Notes under the pieces: generated by a model | The model's database searches: none | Told to the model about the DNA's origin: nothing | Seen by the model: only the letters and a program-made list of their open reading frames with translations | Assembly (NCBI GenBank): GCA_965203905.1 | Contig: CBDBDQ010000005.1 | Coordinates: forward strand, 2,912,001 to 2,976,000 | Length of the DNA stretch: 64,000 nucleotides | Source of the DNA: Spirochaetia bacterium | Lineage (GTDB): Bacteria > Spirochaetota > Spirochaetia > SZUA-6 > Bin103 | Direction of reading: 5' to 3' | Shown: positions 29,992 through 39,509 of the stretch, one piece after another | How the letters are laid out: every line of letters starts with the position of its first letter | Numbering within the stretch: position 1 is the first letter of the stretch | Translations under genes and position numbers: made by a program

Positions 29992-31239
29992 CGCAGGAGC
30001 CCTCGGCGGCAGACCGCGAGGGCTTCTGCCAACACCGTCGCGCTGCCCCTCATTTTCACATCGCCCTGATGCACAGCGGCAGAGGCCAAGTCGTAGGCGT
30101 TCCGCAGACTGTCCCAAACACGGCGCCTGTCAGCGGGGTCTTCGCCGACGAGCCACGCCCCCGACGCCGCAAGACGGAACTTCAACTCCTGCTGGGGTTT
30201 CTCGGGTAGGAACAACGATTCAAGCGCGATACGGAGATCCAATGAACCGATCAGGGCGCCTGCGAGTATTGTCTTTTGCCATTTTCCATCGAGACACAGC
30301 CACGCGAATGCGAGCGTCCGCACGATGCAGTTGTCCGACAAGAAACCCAAGATTCTCCGCTGAGACATCTCGGATACCCTCGACGTCCACTTCGATACGG
30401 CCTTCGCGAGTCTCAAGGTCTTTCGATTCGCCCTTGAAGTGCCGCAGATGGCCAAGCGATCCGCGACCACGTATCCTGTGCTTTGCGAGGGCGTAATACT
30501 CACCGTAGTCATCCCAGGTTAGCCCCCGATCGACAAACATGTCACATTCCAGCGACAACGCTTCGCGGATGGTTTCCAGCGTGACCTGCGGAATCAGCGA
30601 CGGCCGCAAGTACCCCGTCTTTGGGCTCGGGCTTGACGGTCGGAAAAGTGCGGGCCTCGTTTCAGCAGCGATTGAGATAAGACACTGACCCAAGTAGTCG
30701 GTTCGGGGCCTCCCATGGTGGACAGGCAACCCGCCTGGAAGTTCCTGGGTGGACAATGCAAGAGGAATGATGTCAACGCCCTCGATCGGAGACAGCCTCC
30801 GAGTCAACGTTATGGGGACAACGGTACAAGTACGGTAGTTCATCGGCGCTCCACCCACCCAATCTGCGATCAGCCCCGCCACCCGCTCACATCCAGTCAC
30901 CGCAGCGCATCTGGTCAGCGAATCGGCGAGTTCCTCGAACGAAGAATACTGGGCCTCGGTATACAATTCCTCCTTCTCGACTTTCACCACGCCCCCACGA
31001 TCGCCTCCCATTGGGAAAGCGTGGCCAACACTGTCAGTCGAGTGATCTATGTAATCGTGCAGGAGTCTTCGCAGTGCTTCTGCAAGGCCGTTCCGAGAAT
31101 TCCGTCTCCATTCGAACCATGGGTATGTGACCGCGCGCAACTGAGTTGTACTCCGATCTCGACCGTTCGTAGAGCTCGCGAAGGGCCTTAGCGTCGAGCG
31201 TCTCCTCCGGGCGGCCAGCGCAACTCGAGACGCTTCCAT
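29992..31239 (-). pseudogene. Apea-like HEPN domain protein, frameshifted near 30240 and 3'-joined to the aminotransferase tail
   Basis: AVSRW...DRFI|DLRIALESLFL..QELKFRLA..GAW...AYDLASAAVHQG. Confidence 0.7.
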
Positions 31240-31639
31240 CAGGATGCTCTATATCGACCCGTCCGAGATCGAATGTTGCGCTTGAGAGTGCCCGGCGGAG
31301 GGCTTTTTTCGAGATCTTCGCTGGTAACGGTCATTTGGCGACTCTTTGTAGAGGCCAGTTCAGTCGGTTCCGGAGTCATCGACAGTACACACGGGTCCGT
31401 GAAGTGTGATCACGACGCCGCAGTCGTGAGAGCATGTGAGTGGAGATTGAACCATCCACGTAGCGAAGGTGCGCATCGAAGACGCCGAAAAGCAAGAGCC
31501 TCCGAGGAGGGCCCGCTCCGTGCGGTCAAAACCGCAAGGGGTGTTGCCCAAACCTAATTGCACTCGCGCCCAAGATCAAGCTCGATAGAGGTTCGCCTCT
31601 ACGATTCGCGACGCGCGGTAGTCGTCTGTGGTTCGGCAA

Positions 31640-33001
31640 TCATGCCGAGGTGATCTTGCGTCGGGCGAATGTCACGCCGATGCCGACTGCCAGCGGCAGG
31701 AGGGCGAGGAGGATCAGGGCGCCGGCCGGTGAGGATCGGTTCAGCAGCCGGATGCGGCGCATCGAGCCATCGATGATGGCCCCGTGGCTGTCGATCAGCG
31801 CGACCCGGATGCGGGCGCCGTACCGTTCCAGGTCGATGTGAAACGCCGCCAGGCTCGGCTCGCGATCGACGTGCGTGCCCTCGGGGTCGAACGGGACGAT
31901 CCGGTATCCGTGTGAGGTGGCCCGCTCCTGCTCCACGAAGTAGGGAAGCTTGTCGATGGGCGTCATGGCCCCCGAGCCCAGAACGGCAATTCGGAGGTCG
32001 GGGATCTCCTGGACGAAGACACGACGTCTCATCCCGGGACTCCCCGTGGCGTCGTTCCGCAACAGCTTCTCGTAGTGGAGATCGATGAACTCGTGCTGGT
32101 GGTACGCTACCAGGTAGAGATCGCTCGATCCGTCGACGTAGATGACCGAGTCGCGTGAGTTCGACTCGACGGGGCGGTTCCACTTGTCCCCCGGAATCAC
32201 CTCGTAGCCGACGGTGGGCTCGCCGAATCGTCCGAATGCCACGATGGTCTTTTCCGATCCTTCCAGCACTTTTCCATCTCCCCTGACGAGCCGTGTCCGG
32301 TAGGTGCCGGCCGGGAGATTCACCACGAATGCGCGGTCGACGCGAACCGGGGCCGCCGCGTACTCCTCCGGGAACGCGGGCCCGGTCGGAGCCACAAGAC
32401 CGCCTATCACTTCTTCCAACCTGGCGGTGTCGCCGCCCTTTTGCTGCTGTTCTTCGATTCGCCTCGCCAGCTCGGCCACCATGTACTCGTAGGTGGCGCG
32501 ATCGAGCCGGTAGGCATCCAGGGCTTCGCGGTACCTACGGAGCTTGTCCGTATAGTCGAAGTGGACGCGGTGAGCTTCCGGCCCGGTGGCGGTGCGCCAG
32601 CGGGCAGCGCCGTCTCCGCGCAGGTTGTAGTAGGTGTAGTCCTCCATCGAGAAGGACTGTGCCTCGCCGCCTCGTCCTGAGATTACGAGGAAACCATCCA
32701 CAGCCTCGTCGAGGAGGGTGGTGTCGGTCCTCAGCGCGCCGTCGGTCGGACGGAAGAACACGAACGTCTTGCGGAGGGCAAGGAAGTTGTCGGTGTCCGC
32801 CAGCAGGTAGATGGTGTCGGAAGACTCGGCGCTGAAGGTCCGGGAGTAGCCGCTTCCGTTGAATACGATCAAGGAGTGGATGAGTTGCTCGTGGCGGTCG
32901 TGGCTGTCTGCCTGTGCGGCAGTAACGAGGACTGTGGCGGCGGCGATCACGGCGAGCAGAGCCACGCATACGGCGGGCCTCACGGTCGGCTCACGTTCCA
33001 C
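31640..33001 (-). CDS. Hypothetical exported protein with signal peptide, coiled coil and C-terminal TM anchor
   Basis: 453-aa ORF, N-terminal hydrophobic segment, C-terminal ALILLALLPLAVGIGVTFARRK; overlaps upstream gene. Confidence 0.75.
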   Translation of the reverse strand: MEREPTVRPAVCVALLAVIAAATVLVTAAQADSHDRHEQLIHSLIVFNGSGYSRTFSAESSDTIYLLADTDNFLALRKTFVFFRPTDGALRTDTTLLDEAVDGFLVISGRGGEAQSFSMEDYTYYNLRGDGAARWRTATGPEAHRVHFDYTDKLRRYREALDAYRLDRATYEYMVAELARRIEEQQQKGGDTARLEEVIGGLVAPTGPAFPEEYAAAPVRVDRAFVVNLPAGTYRTRLVRGDGKVLEGSEKTIVAFGRFGEPTVGYEVIPGDKWNRPVESNSRDSVIYVDGSSDLYLVAYHQHEFIDLHYEKLLRNDATGSPGMRRRVFVQEIPDLRIAVLGSGAMTPIDKLPYFVEQERATSHGYRIVPFDPEGTHVDREPSLAAFHIDLERYGARIRVALIDSHGAIIDGSMRRIRLLNRSSPAGALILLALLPLAVGIGVTFARRKITSA

Positions 33002-33795
33002 GAGGTGTGCAGGTAGAAGTCGAACCGGTCGGCGTACTGTGCCAGGTATGCCGACAATGAAACCGGCTCGCTACCGGTCCACGCGGCGGTCACGATGGCC
33101 GCCACCTCGTCGCGCTCGATGGCGAGCGGATCGGGCACTATCACCAGATAGTCGATCACCAACGACGCAGCGCCGCGGTCTTCGATCTGTTCGAGTGGGA
33201 TGCGCGCCCGATACCGCGCCAAAGCCTTCCGGGACGGATCCCAGCTCCAGTCGATCTCTCCGGCAAACAGGGTCTTTCCGCGGGTCACGCCGGAGGTTTG
33301 CGTCGAAATGCGCGCGCCGATCCACAGGTCGAGCGCAGGGTGGTGGATGACCGCCGGTCCCTCGCCGCTGAGCGGCCAGAAGGTGGCGTGCAACTCCGAT
33401 TCCGAGAGCTCGTCGGATACGATGAAGTGCGACAGGCCGGGAATCCGCAATCCGGTCATGTCGATCGGCTCGTCGATGCGGTTGCTGCCGCGCCGGAGCG
33501 TGACCGGCACGCTCACGGAGCGGTAGTCGGGCGCCGACACCTCAAGCGTCGCCTCCCCGGGGTGGAGCCGCGAGAACACCAGCGTATTTCCGTCTCCCGC
33601 GTACCAGGTGCGCAGGAACCGGTCCTGGAGCGTCGCGGTGGCGTTCCAGACCGCCCCCGTGCTGACCCGATCCCTGATGCGAAACTCGAGCGTCGTTTCA
33701 AACGGAGCCCAGGAGACAAGCGCAACCAGCGCGGCCACCGTGCCCGCGGCCGCAACCGCAATGGCGACCACAAGCGTGAGTCGGCGCCGGCCCAT
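32980..33795 (-). CDS. Hypothetical membrane-anchored protein with carboxypeptidase-regulatory/PEGA-like beta domain
   Basis: N-terminal TM; RLHPGEATLEVSAPDYRSVSVPVTL; TAATG coupling to the permease. Confidence 0.7.
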   Translation of the reverse strand: MGRRRLTLVVAIAVAAAGTVAALVALVSWAPFETTLEFRIRDRVSTGAVWNATATLQDRFLRTWYAGDGNTLVFSRLHPGEATLEVSAPDYRSVSVPVTLRRGSNRIDEPIDMTGLRIPGLSHFIVSDELSESELHATFWPLSGEGPAVIHHPALDLWIGARISTQTSGVTRGKTLFAGEIDWSWDPSRKALARYRARIPLEQIEDRGAASLVIDYLVIVPDPLAIERDEVAAIVTAAWTGSEPVSLSAYLAQYADRFDFYLHTSWNVSRP

Positions 33796-34637
33796 TACTC
33801 CTTGATGCTGCCCGCCATCAAGCCGCTCAGGATCCGCTTCTCGAAGATTACCACGAATATCACGATCGGGGCGATGATGAGCATGCCCATCGCGCTGATC
33901 AGGTCCCAGGGCTCCACGCGGTGCGTAGTGACGGAAATCGGCACCTTGGTGATCCCGATCGCCAGCGGGACGATCTTCCGGATCGTGAATATGAGCGGAA
34001 TGAAGAACTCGTTCATGGCGATGATGAAGTTGATGATCGCCACCGTCGCGATCGCCGGTTTCAGCAATGGCGAGATGATCCTGACGATGATCGTCGCCAT
34101 GCCCGCGCCGTCCACCTCCGCCGCCTCCTCTATGGTAACCGGAATCTGCTTTATGAAACCGGTCATCACGGCGACGGCGAACGGCACCATGTGGCTGGTA
34201 TACAGGAGCACCAGGCCGAGGTAGGTGTCGACCAGCCCGAGCGCCCTTACGAAGACGTACATCGGGATGACGGAAATGATGAAAGGCACCATCGTCGAGA
34301 AAATGACGAAACCGAAGGCCAGCATTACCAGCTTGTTGTTGAAGCGCGCGAACGCGTACCCCGCCATGGTACAGACGACCATGGTCAGCGCCAGCGAGAG
34401 TGCCGTGATCACCGCGGTTGAGAGCGACATCGACACGATATCCATGGAAGTGAACAGCCGCTGATAGCTCTCCAGGGTCAACGTCAGCGGGAAGTAGTCG
34501 ACCGGCGAAGAAAACAGCTTGGCTTGCGGCTTGAGCGAGGAGATCAGGATCCAGTACATCGGCCACAGCACGGAAAAAGCGACGGCCAGCGTGACGGTTA
34601 TGAGCAGCGCCTTGTGCAGAGCCCGCCTGCTGGTCAT
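33795..34637 (-). CDS. Carbohydrate ABC permease (MalG-like)
   Basis: IEEAAEVDGAG EAA motif; GLMAGSIKE end. Confidence 0.92.
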   Translation of the reverse strand: MTSRRALHKALLITVTLAVAFSVLWPMYWILISSLKPQAKLFSSPVDYFPLTLTLESYQRLFTSMDIVSMSLSTAVITALSLALTMVVCTMAGYAFARFNNKLVMLAFGFVIFSTMVPFIISVIPMYVFVRALGLVDTYLGLVLLYTSHMVPFAVAVMTGFIKQIPVTIEEAAEVDGAGMATIIVRIISPLLKPAIATVAIINFIIAMNEFFIPLIFTIRKIVPLAIGITKVPISVTTHRVEPWDLISAMGMLIIAPIVIFVVIFEKRILSGLMAGSIKE

Positions 34638-35509
34638 CAGTAGTCCACCCGCCGGTAGTACACGATGCCGACAACGCCGGCTACCGCCATGATGACGAAC
34701 AGCGCGGCCGCGATCGAAGAGGCGTAACCGATGCTCAAGTTCTTGAACGCTTCCTCGTACATGCGAAACGCCAACAGCGAGGTGGACGATCCCGGACCTC
34801 CGCGCGTCATCGCATACACGATGTCGAAGCTCGACAGCCGCCATATGATGAAGAACAGCGAAACAATGATCAGCGTCCGCTTTATGTGCGGCAGAGTGAT
34901 GCGAACCAGCAGCGTGGTGGGACCCGCTCCGTCGATCTTGGCGGACTCGTACAGCTCGGTTGGCACGTTCTGCAAGCCGGCCAGCGTGAGTATGGCAAAA
35001 AAGGAAACGTTCTTCCAGAAATCGACCGCAATGATTGCGGCCTGTGCGCCTACCGGCGACACCAGCCAGTCGTAGCGAAAGTCGGCGGCGAAACGGCGCA
35101 CGAGGTCGTTCACGATTCCATACACGTCGTTGAACGCCCAGCGCGCCGCGATGCCGGCTACGATCATCGGCAGAGCCCAGGGAATGAGAGCCGTGGTGCG
35201 CAGAAACCTGCGGCCTCCGAACTGCACGTTGAGCAGATGGGCGAGGGCGATGCCGCCGAGCAGCATCAGGACGATGGATACGACGGTAAAGACGAAGGTA
35301 AAGGAAAAGGCGTTGCCGATCTTCGGATCGGTAACGAGGTAGGTAACGTTGCGGAAGCCGATGAACTCGTTGATCCGAAGCAGAAAGCTGTAATCTCGCA
35401 GGCTGTACCAGAAGATCGAGAAGGTGGGATACGCGGTGGTGGCAAGCCGAATCACCAGCACCGGCAGAATGAGCAGCCAGGCGATGAGCAACTTTCTCCG
35501 TTTCAGCAC
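34637..35509 (-). CDS. Carbohydrate ABC permease (MalF-like)
   Basis: ELYESAKIDGAG, MTRGGPG, GYASSIA. Confidence 0.92.
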   Translation of the reverse strand: MLKRRKLLIAWLLILPVLVIRLATTAYPTFSIFWYSLRDYSFLLRINEFIGFRNVTYLVTDPKIGNAFSFTFVFTVVSIVLMLLGGIALAHLLNVQFGGRRFLRTTALIPWALPMIVAGIAARWAFNDVYGIVNDLVRRFAADFRYDWLVSPVGAQAAIIAVDFWKNVSFFAILTLAGLQNVPTELYESAKIDGAGPTTLLVRITLPHIKRTLIIVSLFFIIWRLSSFDIVYAMTRGGPGSSTSLLAFRMYEEAFKNLSIGYASSIAAALFVIMAVAGVVGIVYYRRVDY

Positions 35510-35597
35510 CGTTGTCCCCCCGGTACACAGGTACGCCCTCCCGCGCGATGCGGAAGGGCGCACGCTTCCAAGTGACGCTGCCTGCGAAGTGTCGGCG

Positions 35598-36803
35598 CTA
35601 GCGACCGCCCAACAGCCTGTCGAGCTCCCTGTTGGCTCTCTTCACCGCCTCGTCCCGGTCGATGTTCTGGTTGAGGTACTCGTACAGCGAATTTTCGGTG
35701 CTGTCCAATATGTCGCTCATGCGGCCAGCCATCGGCCTGGGCCACAGCTTGCCACGGGCGTTCATGTCCTTGAGGATCGGAACGGCGGGCCACTTCTCCG
35801 GATCGTTGAAGACCGGATCTTCCAACGAATCGCTTCTGAGTGGCACGGCGTTGCCGACCATTTTTGCCACGGCGCTGGCAGCCTCCTCCGAAACCAGGTA
35901 TCCCAACACCTTCTTGGCAGCGTCCTTGCGCTCCGAAGCGGAGGTGAGGACGTACAGCCAGGCGCCCATGAGCGTGATGTCGCTGTCCGGATCGTCCGAC
36001 CACTTCGGCGTTTCCGTGACGATCAGCTCGGAGCCGTACTTGCCCTGGCCTACCGCTACGCTGACGATCCAGTCCCAGGTTATGGTGCTGGCGAGCTTGC
36101 CATCCAGCAGCTTCTGTGCCAGCGCTCCGTAGTCATCCGCCAGAATCGCCCGCGGTGCGACCTCGTAGGTATTGATCATGTCGTGCATCAGCTTGATCGC
36201 TTCCTGGGTGCCCGGGTTGTCCCAGTCGAAGTAGTCACCGCCGTGGACGTAGATGATGTACTGGAGGAAGTTGGTTATGTAGCCCTTGGTCCAACCGTCA
36301 CCAAATCCGAACACGTCATCCTTGGTGAGCGCCTGGATCAGTTCCAGGTAGTCCTCACCGGTGGTCGGAATGGCCAGGCCGGCTGCATCGAGTTGCCTCT
36401 TGTTGAGGTACATCGGGAACCAGCTGAACCCATGTGGCACCCCGACGATGTTGCCCTCGTAGGTCGCCATCAGGTCCATGTAGGCCTTGGGAAATGCGGC
36501 GAGATCGTCGGCGCTGAAAATGTCGTTGAGCGACTCGAAGAACCCGCCCAGGATATTGCCGTAGGTGATGTATTCGTCGATATCGAACAGGTCGATGCTG
36601 GTGTCACCGGAGGACAGCAGCGTGGCGACCTTGGTTTGATAGTCGGTGAACGAAGGTGCCTGGATCATCTCGATGTCGACGCCGGTGGCCGCGGTGATGA
36701 GCCCTTCCAACTCGCTCCAGTCCTCCTGCCCGGCCGGGAGACCCCACTTGTTACATGGTCACGGTCACGTCCTCTGCCTGGGCTGCCTCTCCCTCCGCAC
36801 CAC
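35598..36803 (-). pseudogene. Sugar ABC substrate-binding protein lacking its signal peptide and frameshifted near 36752
   Basis: Upstream frame GAEGEAAQAEDVTVTM then ATGTAACAAG (apparent 1-nt loss) before KWGLPAGQEDW; no start or signal upstream. Confidence 0.7.
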
Positions 36804-36896
36804 AGCGGCCAGCGTCGGACACCGCTCGATGCGGTCGGCTCCTCGGGGCCGCCTTCGCGGAGGGGTTTGAGCTGGACGGGCGCGTAGAACGTCCGG

Positions 36897-37595
36897 TCAG
36901 AAGTCGATGCCGCGCTGGGCCTTGATGCCGACTTGGAAGGGGTGCTTCACTTCCACCATCTCACTGACCAGGTCGGCGTATTCGATCAGTTCGGGTGCGG
37001 CGCCGCGGCCGGTCAACACCACGTGGGTGCGGTCGGCGCGCGCCTCCAGGCAGTCGACGATTTCCGCGGCCGGCAGGTAGTCGTAGCTTGCCACCACGTT
37101 GATCTCGTCGAGCACCACCAGGTCGAACTGCCCGTCGGTGATCAGATCGCGCGCGATGTCGAGCCCGGCGCGGGCGGTGGCGATGTCGAGTTCGCGGTTC
37201 TGGGTGTCCCAGGTGAACCCCTGGCCGGTAGTGCGCCACTCCACCTGCTCCGGGAAGCGGCTGAAGAAGTGCCGCTCGCCGGTCTGCCACTTGCCCTTGA
37301 TGAACTGCACGATTGCCACGCGCTGGCCCCAGCCGAGGGCGCGCGCGGCCACCCCGAAGGCGGCGCTCGACTTGCCCTTGCCGTTGCCGGTGTGCACCAG
37401 CACCAGCCCGCGTTCCGGATTCACGGCACGCGCCACCTTGGCACGCTGCTCGGCCTTCAGCCGCCGCATGCGCTCGGCATGCTCCCGGTCGGCAACGCCG
37501 CCGCCCGACGCTCGGCGTTGTCCGCCCGGTTGCACGGCCGTTGTGCTTGATGCAACCTCATCGCCGCGTGTCGCTGCGCCGTCACTATCTGTCAT
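36897..37595 (-). CDS. cobO: Cob(I)alamin adenosyltransferase
   Basis: HTGNGKGKSSAAFG, VQFIKG, GFTW, VVLDE, VLTGR, KHPF..G.KAQRGIDF. Confidence 0.95.
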   Translation of the reverse strand: MTDSDGAATRGDEVASSTTAVQPGGQRRASGGGVADREHAERMRRLKAEQRAKVARAVNPERGLVLVHTGNGKGKSSAAFGVAARALGWGQRVAIVQFIKGKWQTGERHFFSRFPEQVEWRTTGQGFTWDTQNRELDIATARAGLDIARDLITDGQFDLVVLDEINVVASYDYLPAAEIVDCLEARADRTHVVLTGRGAAPELIEYADLVSEMVEVKHPFQVGIKAQRGIDF

Positions 37596-37705
37596 CTCGC
37601 TCCCACTCCTTCTTCGACTACACTACCCTTCGAGGGATCAGTGTACCGTAAGCCGCCTGGAGCTGGCCGGCGGGGGCAAATCGACCAAGCCTCGCCCACC
37701 TTCGC

Positions 37706-39010
37706 TTAGCGAAGTCCTGTATGGAGCCGTTCGATGGCCGCCTGCAGCGATTCCAGCGAGCGGCAAAAGGCGAACCGCAGGTAGCGCTCGCCCTCGCGTC
37801 CGGTGGTGTAGAAGTTGTCGCCCGGCACCGTGGCCACTCCCGCCTGCTCGATGAGAAACATGGCGGCCTGCGTCGGGGGCCTCTGCGCCAGTGCCGGCAC
37901 GCTGCGGTAGTCCGCGAACAGGTAGTAGGCGCCCTCCGGGGGCGTCACCGCAAACCCGATGTCACGCAGGCCATTGACCAGCAGGTCGCGCTTCTGGCGA
38001 TAGCCTGCCGCGATGCCGGCGAAGAACGATCGCGGCTGGCGCAGGAGCGACACCGCCCCCCTCTGCAGCGGCGTCGGCGCCTGCACCACGAGGTTGTCGT
38101 GGACGGCGCGCAGCGCCGGCGTGCGCTCCGGCGGCGTGATCACCCAGCCGACGCGCCACCCGGTCGCGCGCCCGGTCTTGGAGATCGAGTTCACCACCAG
38201 CGTTCGTTCCGCCATCCCTTCGCACAGCGACAGACAAAGGTGGCGATGGCCCTCGAACGTGATGTGCTCGTAGATCTCGTCGGTGATGGCGAACCGGTTG
38301 TGGGTCCGGCACAGTTCCGCGATGAACTCCAGGTCCTCCGCGTCCAGCACCTTGCCGGTCGGGTTCTGCGGGGTGTTCACGACCACCGCCTTGACCGCCG
38401 GATCGGACAGCGCGGTGCGTAACTCGTCGCGGTCCAGCCGCCAAGTTCCGGCGCCGCAGTCCTCGCGCAAGGTCACGAAGCGGGGCACGAGCCCGAAGAT
38501 CGCCGCCTGCGACGGGTACAGCTCGTGATAGGGCTGCATAACCACGACGCCGTCGCCCGGGTCGAGCAGCGAGCAGAATGCGGCCGCCATGCCCTCGCTG
38601 GCCCCGAGCACCACCGTGACCTGCTCCTCGGGGTCGGGCCGGTAGCCGTAGCAGGTCTGCGTGTAGTCGGCGATCGCGTGGCGCAGCTCCGGGATCCCGA
38701 ACGGATAGGAATACTGGTTGAGTTCGTCGCGGGGGCCGCGCCACCGCTCGAACAGCTCCTTCACGGTGCGGTCGAGCGCGTCGGCGCCGGCGGTCGCGTT
38801 CGCGTCCAGGAGCTCGCGCACGGTCATCGACTCCACGCGGCGCGCACCCTCCCCGGTGCCGCCGAGCAGCGCCGCCACCCCGCTCCACACCATGTCCCAG
38901 GCCGGCGTCTCATCGGTAAACCCCTGCGCCAGGTTCACCGCCCCGTGCGCCGCCGCGAGCCGCGTCATGCGGCGGATCACCGTCTCCTTGATCTGCGTCA
39001 CCTGCTCCAC
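37706..39010 (-). CDS. PLP-dependent class I/II aminotransferase
   Basis: NLAQGF, NTPQNPTG, DEIYE, SISKT..TGWRVG, YLRFAFC. Confidence 0.93.
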   Translation of the reverse strand: MEQVTQIKETVIRRMTRLAAAHGAVNLAQGFTDETPAWDMVWSGVAALLGGTGEGARRVESMTVRELLDANATAGADALDRTVKELFERWRGPRDELNQYSYPFGIPELRHAIADYTQTCYGYRPDPEEQVTVVLGASEGMAAAFCSLLDPGDGVVVMQPYHELYPSQAAIFGLVPRFVTLREDCGAGTWRLDRDELRTALSDPAVKAVVVNTPQNPTGKVLDAEDLEFIAELCRTHNRFAITDEIYEHITFEGHRHLCLSLCEGMAERTLVVNSISKTGRATGWRVGWVITPPERTPALRAVHDNLVVQAPTPLQRGAVSLLRQPRSFFAGIAAGYRQKRDLLVNGLRDIGFAVTPPEGAYYLFADYRSVPALAQRPPTQAAMFLIEQAGVATVPGDNFYTTGREGERYLRFAFCRSLESLQAAIERLHTGLR

Positions 39011-39214
39011 CCCAGCAATCTACCACGCCGCAATCGCTCGCTCAGACCAGTGGCCGGAGCCTGTAACCATACCGGCGCGAACAGGCAAGACCTCATGCGG
39101 CATCTCGAAGACGGGGACGCCGTGTTGTCCGCCCATCGGTAAGCCTTGCCCGCGCCCGCGCGACCCGTCGTCGTCTTGCCGCCGAGCGGCATCGGGTCCG
39201 CATCGTTGCAGCCC

Positions 39215-39365
39215 GACAGCCGCTCGGCGTTGTTCCGGACGATGTTGGGGCGGTAATCCGCCGGCAGGGCGTTCATCACACGTGCACGGCGTCGTAGTCC
39301 CAGTGCGGGTGGCCGCGGGAGTAGAGCAGGCAGTTGCCGCCGTCGATCATCTCGACGATGCGTGT
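39215..39365 (-). pseudogene. Amidohydrolase_2 C-terminal remnant
   Basis: LLYSRGHPHWDYD...ALPADYRPNIVRNNAERL resembles the FSTDYPHWD...ENA motif. Confidence 0.45.
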
Positions 39366-39509
39366 AAAATGTGTGTGTTCTTGGTCGATACATAGATGTC
39401 GGTTTGATAAATTGAGATAGAATTCGCCGCAGCACACAACGGACGGCCCGGCACCGCGATCCGGCGCCCGGTGAGCCGCGATGCGTGCCGAACGGGAGAA
39501 GGAGGAATC

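Noticed and set aside
17641-31600. Integron cassette array or prophage
   Set aside because: No IntI, no recurring attC-like palindromes and no phage structural genes seen.
37596-37705. Cobalamin riboswitch upstream of cobO
   Set aside because: Only about 110 nt, with no recognisable B12-box or conserved core.
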